In this document: one piece after another, positions 45,655-55,019 of the stretch | Numbering within the stretch: the first letter of the stretch is position 1 | Layout: each line of letters begins with the position of its first letter | Virus record (IMG/VR): IMGVR_UViG_3300044701_003213 | Span: 1,508-65,507 of that record | DNA: 64,000 bases | Strand: one strand, 5' to 3' | Source of the DNA: a virus | Taxonomy: Duplodnaviria > Caudoviricetes | Program-made: the position numbers and the translations under genes | The notes under the pieces: model-generated | Told to the model about the DNA's origin: nothing | The model's input: the letters and a program-made list of their open reading frames with translations, nothing else | Database searches by the model: none

Positions 45655-46324
45655 TATATTCGAAGTAAATGATCTATCAAACATGATAGAAGAAAGATTT
45701 GGAGATAGTAGAATATTCTATATGGATAATTTTTACAAGTATCCAGATCTAATTCGTGACCATATAATGAATACCAATTGTCCAGTATGGAAACAACAGG
45801 AAGGTAATGGAAATACTCATAATATGAGATATTTTGAGGATAGAAGGCATGAATTATTCTATGATGAATTGAAAGATGTCTTTTGGGATATAGTTGATAT
45901 AATTGGAGATGGAAAAACAGTACCTCTAGATGATACTGAGTTCGTCACTAATATGACTAAATTCTATGATGTTCCATATAATGATTTTGAAAATAATTAT
46001 TGGTGGCCTCACAGAGATGCGGGGTGGAACGGTATAGTATATTTTAATGATTATTCTGATGGTGAATGTGGGACCAACATTTATCAGAGAATGTATAAAG
46101 ATCCAGACTATGATAATATCCCAGAACATTTGAATGCTTGGGTTCCAAAAGAGCATTGGAAAGTTATAGGAAAATTTAAATCAAAATATAATAGGTTCGT
46201 TTGTTTTGAAGGTGATAGATTCCATCATGGAATGAATATAACCGATAAAAGATATTTTGGGACAAAAGAGAGTAATAATTACAGGATTAATCAGGTATTC
46301 TTCTTCAAGGATAAAAACAAATAA
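45647..46324 (+). CDS. 2OG-Fe(II) oxygenase-like protein (DUF6445-like)
   Basis: MDNFYKYPD, PHRD, GTNIY, YNRFV..FHHG, RINQVFF. Confidence 0.75.
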   Translation: MINIFEVNDLSNMIEERFGDSRIFYMDNFYKYPDLIRDHIMNTNCPVWKQQEGNGNTHNMRYFEDRRHELFYDELKDVFWDIVDIIGDGKTVPLDDTEFVTNMTKFYDVPYNDFENNYWWPHRDAGWNGIVYFNDYSDGECGTNIYQRMYKDPDYDNIPEHLNAWVPKEHWKVIGKFKSKYNRFVCFEGDRFHHGMNITDKRYFGTKESNNYRINQVFFFKDKNK

Positions 46325-46328
46325 TATT

Positions 46329-46970
46329 ATGGCCGTTCACAAACACAGAGTAAATCCTTACAGATCCAATATAGAAATATCGGATGTAGAAGCTTTTGAT
46401 ATTTTTCCTACAACAGTGTGGGCAGGAAAAGTTAATGTTGATAATGATGTTATATTAAATGAATGCTATTCTCTTCGAGATAAATATCCTGATGGAGTAA
46501 GAAAATCTAATTTTGGGGGATGGCAAAGTGATGTATATAATCTTGATGAAATTGTAACTGAAGTCGAACTCCCTGCAGTATCTGATCTAGGAACTAAAAT
46601 ATTATTTTTTGCTAATAAACTGTGTGAAGAAGAATTGAATTCACAAAGAATGTTCCAAGAATCTGGAACAGGATTTTGGATTAATATAAATGAACAATTT
46701 TGTTATAATGTACTTCATTCTCACCCAAAGTGTGATTTAATAGCTCTTTATTATGCAAAGATTAATTTTACGCAAGGTAACTTAAATTTGATGAGAAATG
46801 ATGGGTCAGCTCACACTCTTCTTTATGAAAATTTAGATAATGGTAGTTTTTTTAAATTGAATGCTGAACCTGGAGTTGTATATCTATTTCCTGCTCATAT
46901 TCTTCATTATGTTGAACCAAATCTTGTAGATGATACTAGAGTTTCTATCTCTTTTAATATTAGTTTCTAA
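46329..46970 (+). CDS. 2OG-Fe(II) oxygenase (TIGR02466 family)
   Basis: SNFGGWQS, HSHP, LFPAHILHYV, RVSISFN. Confidence 0.88.
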   Translation: MAVHKHRVNPYRSNIEISDVEAFDIFPTTVWAGKVNVDNDVILNECYSLRDKYPDGVRKSNFGGWQSDVYNLDEIVTEVELPAVSDLGTKILFFANKLCEEELNSQRMFQESGTGFWININEQFCYNVLHSHPKCDLIALYYAKINFTQGNLNLMRNDGSAHTLLYENLDNGSFFKLNAEPGVVYLFPAHILHYVEPNLVDDTRVSISFNISF

Positions 46971-47020
46971 TTTAAATACTAAATAGTAAAAGCATAATTG
47001 GAGGATGAAATAAAAATATT

Positions 47021-47533
47021 ATGTCAGTCTTAACAGTAGATGGTATTAATTTTAGCGATGGTACATCTCTAAATTCAAGATACGGAATTATACCTCAAAA
47101 TTCTGTTGTAGTTTTCTATCAAGCGTCTGCTCCAACTGGATGGACTCAATTAACAACTCAAAATAATAAAGCTCTAAGGGTTGTTAGTGGAACTGGTGGA
47201 GGTTCTGGTGGAAGTATTGCCTTTACATCTGCTTTTCCCGGAACATTAAAACCAATCACAGGTATTGTAACGACAACAGGTACTGTTGGAGATACTACAC
47301 TAATAACATCACAACTTCCATCTCACTCTCACGGGGCTGGATCTGAAGTCAACGTTAGACCAGGAGCTCCTAGTGTTACTGGACGTTTAGCAAACACTGA
47401 TGCTCCAAATACTGGACTTACTGGTGGCGGATTACCTCATAATCACCCATTCGTTTCTGGAGACTCTCCTTGGTCAACTACAATTGACTTAAGAGTGCAG
47501 TATATTGATGTAATAATTTGTAGATTTAATTGA
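47021..47533 (+). CDS. Short tail-fibre tip / collar-type protein with HxH motifs
   Basis: FYQASAPTGW..NKALRVV collar motif; TTL..SQLPSHSH, GGGLPHNH; CTAAATA late promoter at 46979. Confidence 0.7.
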   Translation: MSVLTVDGINFSDGTSLNSRYGIIPQNSVVVFYQASAPTGWTQLTTQNNKALRVVSGTGGGSGGSIAFTSAFPGTLKPITGIVTTTGTVGDTTLITSQLPSHSHGAGSEVNVRPGAPSVTGRLANTDAPNTGLTGGGLPHNHPFVSGDSPWSTTIDLRVQYIDVIICRFN

Positions 47534-47558
47534 TAAAAGATTAGGAGGAGGGTAATAA

Positions 47559-49043
47559 ATGGCTATTTTAACAGCAACCAGTATAGTATTTGGGGATAGT
47601 TCCGCAATTAATTCCTTCTATGGAATTATACCTAAAAATACCACTGTGGTTTTTTATCAAGCAAATGCTCCGACTGGTTGGGCTAAAACTACATCTCAAG
47701 ATAATAAAGCTCTTAGGGTTGTTAGTTCTACTGGTGGAGCTACTGGTGGAAATGTACCTTTTACTTCCGCCTTTCCTAGTGTATCAAATGTAAGTATTGC
47801 TGCTACAACAGTTGGTGTTGGTACTGTTGGAGATACTACATTAACTATTAGTCAAATAGCACCTCACGCTCACGGTTCAGGAGGAGCGAATACTGGTATT
47901 GCTGCGGGACCTGCTACTCCTTCTAGGTATCTGGAAAGAACTCCTATACAATATGGTATTAGGGTAGCTTACGCACAGGTTAGAAACTATCAACAACCAC
48001 AAGCTTATAGACAACCTCAAACATATTCACAACCCCAATCATTTAGACAACCACAAGCGTATAGGCAACCAAAAACATATCAACAACCATTAACTTATCA
48101 GCAGCCATCTACTTATCGGCAACCATCAGTATATACAGTTCCTATTGTTAACAGACAACCGACTCAAACTCAACAACCATACAGAACTCCAGTAATTAGA
48201 AACTATCGTCAACCATTTACTTCTCCTGTTAACGCTGGTGTTCCTGTTCAGCAACCGAGATCATATCCATTTACAAGGAATTATCAGTCACCATTTACTT
48301 CTCCTATCAACACTCAATCTACAGTCGTAATTAACCGACAGGCTCCTTTTGGAAACAGAGGTCGAAATGTATTTGGGGAAAGGGATAGAAATAATAATGC
48401 TAGAAGAGGTCGAATTATCCGACCAAATAGGAATAGGGTAGTTCGTAACTATGCTCAACCAAGAAGTTATAGTTTTCCACAACCAAGATCTTATCAACAA
48501 CCAAGAAGAAGCCCTATTAGTAGATCATTGCAGAACAATACTAGAGCAAACGTTCAGCAACCAAGATCTTATCAACAACCAAGAAGAAATCCAATTGCTG
48601 TTGGTTACAGACAACCAAGAACAACACCAGTTGTTGCTAGAAATCCACTAACATATCAGCAACCAAGGAATTTAAGAAGTCCTGCACCTAAAAGGACTCC
48701 TATTGTTAATAGATCACCGATTGTTAACCGAGTAATTGCGAACAAAAGAGTTATTGCAAATACTTATATTCAGGCATCCAAAAGAATCGTTGCTAACAAA
48801 AATGTTCCTCTTGTAAATTACAATCCCGTAAGATATCCACAATTAGTGAATGCTAGATATGCTACAAGAATACTTGTTCCTGGTGGGCAGATAAGAACTG
48901 CAAACACTAATGGTCCAGATACTGGATTAACAGGCGGTGATGGATCTCATAATCACCCATATACTGGCGGACTCATAAGTATTTCTTCCTCAGTAGATTT
49001 AAGAGTTCAATACATAGATGTTATTCTTTGCTATTTGCAATAA
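47559..49043 (+). CDS. Paralogous fibre protein with ~324-aa Arg/Gln/Pro-rich repeat insertion
   Basis: N- and C-termini align with the 170-aa neighbour; insertion lies between PHAH and SHNH; AGGAGG RBS. Confidence 0.8.
   Translation: MAILTATSIVFGDSSAINSFYGIIPKNTTVVFYQANAPTGWAKTTSQDNKALRVVSSTGGATGGNVPFTSAFPSVSNVSIAATTVGVGTVGDTTLTISQIAPHAHGSGGANTGIAAGPATPSRYLERTPIQYGIRVAYAQVRNYQQPQAYRQPQTYSQPQSFRQPQAYRQPKTYQQPLTYQQPSTYRQPSVYTVPIVNRQPTQTQQPYRTPVIRNYRQPFTSPVNAGVPVQQPRSYPFTRNYQSPFTSPINTQSTVVINRQAPFGNRGRNVFGERDRNNNARRGRIIRPNRNRVVRNYAQPRSYSFPQPRSYQQPRRSPISRSLQNNTRANVQQPRSYQQPRRNPIAVGYRQPRTTPVVARNPLTYQQPRNLRSPAPKRTPIVNRSPIVNRVIANKRVIANTYIQASKRIVANKNVPLVNYNPVRYPQLVNARYATRILVPGGQIRTANTNGPDTGLTGGDGSHNHPYTGGLISISSSVDLRVQYIDVILCYLQ
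47982..48850 (+). repeat. Coding hexapeptide repeats (xxYxQP and IVNRxP/ANKRVI)
   Basis: 18-nt periodic caacc repeats; exact 31-nt duplication at 48480-48510 and 48558-48588. Confidence 0.85.
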
Positions 49044-49080
49044 ATACAGTATAATTTACATATTATTAATTTGACTTGTA

Positions 49081-49458
49081 ATGAAAAATAATTATTGTCC
49101 ATTGATTAAAAAAGAATGCATTCAAAATAAATGTGCATGGTATACTCATATTAGAGGTATAAATCCAAATACTGGACAAGAAGTTGATGAATGGAATTGC
49201 ACCATTTCTTGGATTCCAATGCTTTTGATTGAAAATTCACAGCAGCAACGTTCTACTGGAGCAGCTGTTGAATCCTTTAGAAATGAAATGGTAAAAGCAA
49301 ATGAAAGCAATCTAAATATTCTAGAAGCAGCAGCAAACATGTTTTATGGTGCATCTGAGGCAGTTGAAGAAATTAGGTTTTTTGAGGAGTCTCAGCAAAA
49401 TCTAATTGAAAATAATGAAGAAGATCAAAACCTATTAAATCCTGAAGGAGGAAACTAG
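49081..49458 (+). CDS. Cys-rich fibre-associated protein
   Basis: CPL..C....CAW...C...W, then ENSQQQRSTGAAVESFRNEM; ATAAATA upstream. Confidence 0.75.
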   Translation: MKNNYCPLIKKECIQNKCAWYTHIRGINPNTGQEVDEWNCTISWIPMLLIENSQQQRSTGAAVESFRNEMVKANESNLNILEAAANMFYGASEAVEEIRFFEESQQNLIENNEEDQNLLNPEGGN

Positions 49459-49463
49459 TAAAA

Positions 49464-50882
49464 ATGAGAGTTACAATTATTCCTAGTGAAAAGAAAGTAG
49501 TAGTAGATGGTAGACCAATCATATTTGATTCTTGGAATTTTAATGATGGACACATTCATGCTATTCAATGGAATCACGATAAAGGTCATATTGAATTCGT
49601 AACTAGAGATCCTAATCAGGAAATCGAGTCTCTTGATTATATTCAAAAATATTTGGATATCTTTTTCGATGAAATTCCTAAGATCGAACAGATCCGTATG
49701 AAAAGGGAAGAGGAAGAGAGGCAGCGTAAAGAACAAGAGTCTCTCGAACTCCAAAGTGTAGATGAGGAAAAAGAGCAATTAAAGAAAATGGTAGAGCATA
49801 CCATTGAAGAAAATAAAAAAATAAGAGAAGCAAAAAATGCATTAGAAGTGCAAAGAACAAAAGAAATTGTTGAAAGTGAAAATGAAGCGAGACGACTGGA
49901 AATCGAAAAGCAAAGATTAGAAGCAGAAAATAAGAGACTTCAATCAGAACAGGAGATTTCTGCTAGGGAAAAATTCTGGAATGAACATTTCCAAAAACAA
50001 AATGAAGATCTTTTAAAAGCTCATGATGAGATGGGGAAAGTAGCAGAAAAAGTAGATAATACAGTAAAATCTTATTTTGATAAAATTGATGAAAAGAAGA
50101 GTGTAATTGAAGAATCTATCAATGCACAAATCAATCAATTAAAAGAATCTGAGAATATTTTAAACGAAAAAAATAAATTATCTCAAGATGAAATTTCAGC
50201 GCAATATCAAAGAATTAATGAGTTAAATACAAAGTTAGCTGAAGAAAAGGAAATTACATTTACCGATATTAACAAGAGGTATGAAGAGCTTGAGGAAAGA
50301 ACTTCTCAAATTCAAAGACTAAGAGATTTAGCTGAATCAAGTGCTCAATCAATGATTCAACAAAATGAACTTCAATTAGAGCAAATCAAATTGGAAAGAA
50401 AAAAGATTGATGAGATGAAACAAGCTCACGATCAATCAATTGAGATTATGACTCAAACTCTGGAACTTCAGAGATCTGAAATTGAAATTCATAGAAAAGA
50501 ACTTGAAAATAGAGAGAAGGAACTTCAGTCTAAGATTGTTGAAAAAGATGTTGAATATGAAATGAGATCATATGAACAACTTAAGAATCTAGCAATTGAA
50601 AATCTTGTTGAGCAAGAGACACGAAATATTGTTAGAGATGAAGCTCAGAATAGAGCTGCAAAAGCAATTACTAAAATTGCACAATCTGAAGATCCACTAG
50701 ATATCTTTAAGGCAGCTATGATGGATCCTACTATTACTCTAGAGACTTTACCAATAGACAAAATCATTGGATGGTTCTCTAAGATTCAGAAGGCACAAGA
50801 GCTATGTAAGAAGTATAATATTACCTATGAGCAACTTCTTGAGTCTAAAGAAATGAGAGATATGCTAAACTTTACTTTCTAA
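49464..50882 (+). CDS. Putative fibre-assembly protein with long Glu/Lys-rich coiled coil
   Basis: N-terminal RVTIIP..VVVDG..IHAIQW...GHIEF domain, ~330-aa helical segment, small C-terminal domain. Confidence 0.65.
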   Translation: MRVTIIPSEKKVVVDGRPIIFDSWNFNDGHIHAIQWNHDKGHIEFVTRDPNQEIESLDYIQKYLDIFFDEIPKIEQIRMKREEEERQRKEQESLELQSVDEEKEQLKKMVEHTIEENKKIREAKNALEVQRTKEIVESENEARRLEIEKQRLEAENKRLQSEQEISAREKFWNEHFQKQNEDLLKAHDEMGKVAEKVDNTVKSYFDKIDEKKSVIEESINAQINQLKESENILNEKNKLSQDEISAQYQRINELNTKLAEEKEITFTDINKRYEELEERTSQIQRLRDLAESSAQSMIQQNELQLEQIKLERKKIDEMKQAHDQSIEIMTQTLELQRSEIEIHRKELENREKELQSKIVEKDVEYEMRSYEQLKNLAIENLVEQETRNIVRDEAQNRAAKAITKIAQSEDPLDIFKAAMMDPTITLETLPIDKIIGWFSKIQKAQELCKKYNITYEQLLESKEMRDMLNFTF

Positions 50883-50911
50883 TAAATTTTAATAGTTTAT
50901 AATATAAGATA

Positions 50912-52438
50912 ATGAATGATTTCTTACTAGAAAATAACCATATAGTAATTCCTAATTTCATATGCAGTGATAGAGCCAAAGAATTAGCAAGAGAGTTTAA
51001 GTTAGTATCCGAAGAATACAATTTTCCATCTGATAAACAAGCTCTAAACTCTCACAGTTGTTATAATTATCTTCCAGCTCTAGAATTACTATGTGAAAAA
51101 ACATCACATGTTTCTGATATTATTGGAACACCAGTATTGCCTACTTACACCTATGGTAGAATATATAAAAATGATTCTGTATTAGAAAAGCATACTGATA
51201 GACCAGCTTGTGAAATATCAGCAACAGTTCATTTAGATGGAGATCGTCCGTGGTCAATATGGATAGAAACTCCAGAAGGAAATCCAAGATGTGTTAATCT
51301 AAATCCAGGAGACGCAATGATCTACCTTGGATGTGTTGCTCCTCATTGGAGAGATGCATATAGAGGAGAATGGTATGCTCAGTTTTTCACTCATTATGTG
51401 AGAGCATATGGACCATGTTCTGATGTTTACTTTGATAAGTATAAAGTAAGTAATAATGAAGAGTCAGCGATGCTCAAAAAATTATATGAAGAGCAAAGCA
51501 CAAAAAATCTAGCATTAGAAAATAAATTGTTTGCTAGTTCAGATGATGTCCAACAATTCGAGCAACATTCGGACAATTTTGTAAAAAAGGTTTTAAAAAA
51601 TAAAAACATTAAGGAAAAGGAGGTGAACGTGATGAGTCCAGCTATTACTTTTGAGAGTGAGTTAGAAGAACTAGTTAAAAAAATCGCTGGTAGTGTAAAT
51701 AAAGAACCAGATAGTCCTATTGATAATGAGACAAATGAAAAAGCTTTTATCAATTACATTACTGATGAAAGTAAAGAAAATACTTCAGTAACAAAATCAA
51801 TAAAGGATAAATTTATCTACAGAAAATTTGCTGAAGATAATAATGATAATGCATTGATTACTTCAACTACATCAACTACGAAACTATCTGACTATATCGT
51901 AGTAGTCGATGATGTTATTCCATTGGAATTGTGTGATGAAATATTGGATGAATATATTAATACTGATTTGTGGAACAATGCACTGACTGGTGGAGGTCTT
52001 GATAAAGAATCTAGACGTTGTAATGTAATTGGATTATCTGAACCAGAGGTTATCAACCAAAATCCAGATTATAGATCTAAGATAGATTCTGCACTCTATG
52101 AATGTGTGGCTAATGCATTATCAAAATATCAAGCAAAATTCCCATATTTTGATATAGAAATAAATGAAGACAGTGGATATGAATTACTAAGATATAAAAC
52201 TGGAGATTTTTATGTTCAGCATACTGATTCATTTAAACAACAACCAAGAGCAATATCTTGTACAATGTGCCTAAATGATGATTATGGCGGTGGTGAATTT
52301 GGTTTCTTTGATAGAGAGGTTGTTCTTAGACCAAACAAAGGATCTGTAATTATGTTCCCATCAAACTTTATGTATCCCCATGAAGTAATGCCTGTAACTA
52401 GCGGAACTAGATATTCTATTATTACATGGTTAGTTTGA
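50912..52438 (+). CDS. Two-domain 2OG-Fe(II) oxygenase (C-terminal domain prolyl-4-hydroxylase-like)
   Basis: Domain 1: HTDRPACEIS..HWR; domain 2: HTD..LNDDYGGGEF..FPSNFMYPHEV..GTRYSIITW. Confidence 0.88.
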   Translation: MNDFLLENNHIVIPNFICSDRAKELAREFKLVSEEYNFPSDKQALNSHSCYNYLPALELLCEKTSHVSDIIGTPVLPTYTYGRIYKNDSVLEKHTDRPACEISATVHLDGDRPWSIWIETPEGNPRCVNLNPGDAMIYLGCVAPHWRDAYRGEWYAQFFTHYVRAYGPCSDVYFDKYKVSNNEESAMLKKLYEEQSTKNLALENKLFASSDDVQQFEQHSDNFVKKVLKNKNIKEKEVNVMSPAITFESELEELVKKIAGSVNKEPDSPIDNETNEKAFINYITDESKENTSVTKSIKDKFIYRKFAEDNNDNALITSTTSTTKLSDYIVVVDDVIPLELCDEILDEYINTDLWNNALTGGGLDKESRRCNVIGLSEPEVINQNPDYRSKIDSALYECVANALSKYQAKFPYFDIEINEDSGYELLRYKTGDFYVQHTDSFKQQPRAISCTMCLNDDYGGGEFGFFDREVVLRPNKGSVIMFPSNFMYPHEVMPVTSGTRYSIITWLV

Positions 52439-52439
52439 T

Positions 52440-53168
52440 ATGGATTTGGAGCATTCTCATCAGTTTTTTATTGGTTCGTATGATGATTGTTTAACAAAAG
52501 AAGAGTGTGATATTCTAATAGATTTTTTTGAAGGTAGAGGTGATAGGAAACACTTAGGTCTAAATCAATTTGATGAATATAAGCATCTTGGAAGACATGA
52601 TCTTCAAATAAATCTATTAAACTTTAAAGATGATGAGAAAATCCAACCAGTTGTTACTAAACTTCTAGAATCTGTAGATAAGTGTGTAGAAGTCTATAAA
52701 AATGTATTTTTTACATATAATCAAATTTTATATTCTGATATTCTTGATAGACTAACTAACCCAGCAGTAAAAATTCAAAAAACTCCAATACGCGGAGGAT
52801 ATCATGTATGGCATTGTGAAACAACTGATGTTAGTTCTTTAGAAAGATCTCTAGCATGGATTTTATATTTAAATGATATTCCAGAGGGTGAAGGAGAGAC
52901 TGAATTTTTATGGCAAGGTGTAAGAATTCAACCAAAAGTGGGAAGATGTGTTCTATGGCCTGCTCAATTTACTCATGTTCATAGAGGAAATCCTGTATAT
53001 ACAAAAGAGAAGTACATAGCAACTGGATGGATCTGTTATAAAGATGTTATAGAAAATCATGCACATTCTCCATTTATCTATGACCCACAAAGAGACTTTA
53101 CCTGGAAAAAAACAACTGATGAGAGACTAAAGAGAGAGGGTTATAGGAGAAGAACTGAGGATGATTGA
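52440..53168 (+). CDS. 2OG-Fe(II) oxygenase (prolyl-hydroxylase-like)
   Basis: GGYHVWHCE, YLND..GETEF, WPAQFTHVHRGN, KYIATGW. Confidence 0.9.
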   Translation: MDLEHSHQFFIGSYDDCLTKEECDILIDFFEGRGDRKHLGLNQFDEYKHLGRHDLQINLLNFKDDEKIQPVVTKLLESVDKCVEVYKNVFFTYNQILYSDILDRLTNPAVKIQKTPIRGGYHVWHCETTDVSSLERSLAWILYLNDIPEGEGETEFLWQGVRIQPKVGRCVLWPAQFTHVHRGNPVYTKEKYIATGWICYKDVIENHAHSPFIYDPQRDFTWKKTTDERLKREGYRRRTEDD

Positions 53169-53219
53169 CTAATCCTACAATTTACGATACAATTTGACTA
53201 TGATACATACCTTAAAATA

Positions 53220-53450
53220 ATGGCTCTATCAAAATCAGTCGAAGAATCTCTGAAAGAAGCAGAGGCTGCCCTAAGAAATGCATTAGCATATGCTGCCCGC
53301 CAAGAAAGACCCGTTGTTTGTAATGGGATCGCTGAAATGATTTGTAGGATTGATCAAATTCAATCCTTTGATGGTATTCTTGATAAAATTGAAGATATGA
53401 AAAATTCTGACGGAAAAAATTGGGGATCTTTCTTTTCGACGGATGGTTGA
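53220..53450 (+). CDS. Hypothetical protein
   Basis: MALSKSVEESL..LRNALAYAARQERP. Confidence 0.7.
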   Translation: MALSKSVEESLKEAEAALRNALAYAARQERPVVCNGIAEMICRIDQIQSFDGILDKIEDMKNSDGKNWGSFFSTDG

Positions 53451-53452
53451 TA

Positions 53453-53707
53453 ATGGCTTTACCAAAGGATTTTGATGGTAAGTTTACTCTTAAAAAATCA
53501 AATGGTTTTGGGTTCTTACCAGAAGATGATTCTTCAGATATCTTTACCGTTTGGTTTTATCGAAGAGAGAGTGAAAATAAAACCATTAAAGAGTTTTTAG
53601 ATAGTCTAGATCCAGAAAATATTGGATTTGATAAACCTTCAAATCAATTATTCTATAAATCTATTTCAGGTCAGATTTATAGAATGGATTTTACCAAGGT
53701 CAAATAA
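53453..53707 (+). CDS. Hypothetical protein
   Basis: ORF in operon. Confidence 0.6.
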   Translation: MALPKDFDGKFTLKKSNGFGFLPEDDSSDIFTVWFYRRESENKTIKEFLDSLDPENIGFDKPSNQLFYKSISGQIYRMDFTKVK

Positions 53708-53801
53708 TATTACAAATCGTAACACAATCCCAAAGAGAACATTAAGTTTCTAGATAGTAGTGTATTGGTATGCTAACATTGAGATATATCGCAAAGAGAC
53801 C

Positions 53802-53966
53802 ATGACCTACTTCCAAAATAAAGATAAAAATCTAACAGATGATGAGTGGAATGAGATGAATGCTCTGAGAACGGTTATGAATCAAAATCCAGCAGCTTTG
53901 CACCCAGATAAAATGGAACAATTCACTGAATATCTCATTCGTTCCATGCGAGGAACGGATCAATAA
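53802..53966 (+). CDS. Hypothetical protein
   Basis: LTDDEWNEMNALR..P..LHPDKMEQFT. Confidence 0.6.
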   Translation: MTYFQNKDKNLTDDEWNEMNALRTVMNQNPAALHPDKMEQFTEYLIRSMRGTDQ

Positions 53967-54019
53967 GTGGCACACTGGTGGTTGCAGGACACCCCTCTTG
54001 CCCTATAATACTCTCATAC
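53953..54019 (+). promoter_or_regulatory. Repeated early-promoter element, copy 2
   Basis: GAACG-N10-TGGCA; TATAAT at 54004. Confidence 0.65.
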
Positions 54020-54030
54020 GCAACAAACTG

Positions 54031-54405
54031 ATGATCACTCCCACTCGCCAAGAGTTCAGCGACTTCTGTGCTCAGCGTGATGCTCAAAATACTATTCATC
54101 TTAATATTGTTAAGTATGGTCTGATGTTGTGTGATGCTTTGACTGCTGATGCTAGTCACCTTAAAGCAGCAAACTATGGGTTTGAACTCGACTCTTCTGG
54201 TCGAAAGTACCATAAAGTTTTCATGTATATTAATGGTCGTCGTGATAGCATTCACGCTTTTATTGATAAGAAGACTGGTGATGTATTGAAACCTGCTAGC
54301 GTAAAAGCACCCGCTAAGGGTGTTCGTTACAATGTTCTCTCTATTCCTTCCCGTGAATCAATGTTTGAGCGTTGTGATTGGGCAGGTGGTTATCTTTATA
54401 AGTAA
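54031..54405 (+). CDS. Conserved phage early protein
   Basis: GRKYHKV..SIHAFIDKKTGDVLKPASVKAPAKGVRYN..DWAGGYLY. Confidence 0.75.
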   Translation: MITPTRQEFSDFCAQRDAQNTIHLNIVKYGLMLCDALTADASHLKAANYGFELDSSGRKYHKVFMYINGRRDSIHAFIDKKTGDVLKPASVKAPAKGVRYNVLSIPSRESMFERCDWAGGYLYK

Positions 54406-54425
54406 TAGTAAATGATAAAACAAGT

Positions 54426-54656
54426 ATGAAATTTCTTTTACTGTTGCCGATTGTATTCACATCAATACCATCACATGCGATTACCTGGAAAGAGTTTTGG
54501 GAACCTTTTGATAGTGAAATTCATGTATACCAAAGTCCACCTATGTGTAGAAGACGTGTATATAGAGAGCAATATGTACCAGGAACAGAATGGAATCCTG
54601 GATATGTTAGACGTTGGTATGATGTAGTCAGACAACCTTGTAGTTCACGTTATTGA
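54426..54656 (+). CDS. Small exported hypothetical protein
   Basis: Signal-peptide-like N-terminus. Confidence 0.6.
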   Translation: MKFLLLLPIVFTSIPSHAITWKEFWEPFDSEIHVYQSPPMCRRRVYREQYVPGTEWNPGYVRRWYDVVRQPCSSRY

Positions 54657-54658
54657 TC

Positions 54659-54946
54659 ATGCCTACTTACAAAGCAGAAATTAAAACAGTTCCAACGGGA
54701 TCTAGTTATACTGTAACTGTAGAATCTGGATCTATGAGTACCGCTAGACAAGAGATTGAGCATCTTTATGAACCAATTTACATTCGAAATTTACGTCAAG
54801 TTGGATCTGAATCTGGTAGTGATGGATCTATCGAAGGTACATGGTTTCTAATTGCTATTTTAGTTACAATTGTTATTGCAATTCAATTCTGGCCTATCAC
54901 ACTTGCACTTCTGGTAATTTGGGGTCTTTATAAGATTTTTAGTTGA
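54659..54946 (+). CDS. Membrane protein
   Basis: C-terminal hydrophobic segment. Confidence 0.65.
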   Translation: MPTYKAEIKTVPTGSSYTVTVESGSMSTARQEIEHLYEPIYIRNLRQVGSESGSDGSIEGTWFLIAILVTIVIAIQFWPITLALLVIWGLYKIFS

Positions 54947-54950
54947 GCTG

Positions 54951-55019
54951 TGACGGTTTAGAAACCTGCACACAGGGTTCCTTCGGGGACCCTTTTTTGC
55001 TATAATACTCTCATACGCG
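54951..55019 (+). promoter_or_regulatory. Repeated early-promoter element, copy 3 (with TTCG terminator hairpin)
   Basis: TGACG-N10-CTGCA; agggttcc-ttcg-gggaccct-T-run; TATAAT at 55001. Confidence 0.65.

Noticed and set aside
47982-48850. Repeats as a CRISPR array or DGR template/variable repeat
   Set aside because: In-frame coding repeats without unique spacers; no reverse transcriptase or adenine-specific mismatch pattern
53705-53780. Possible Pho box or NtcA-like site in the intergenic gap
   Set aside because: No exact GTA-N8-TAC and only weak 11-bp periodicity
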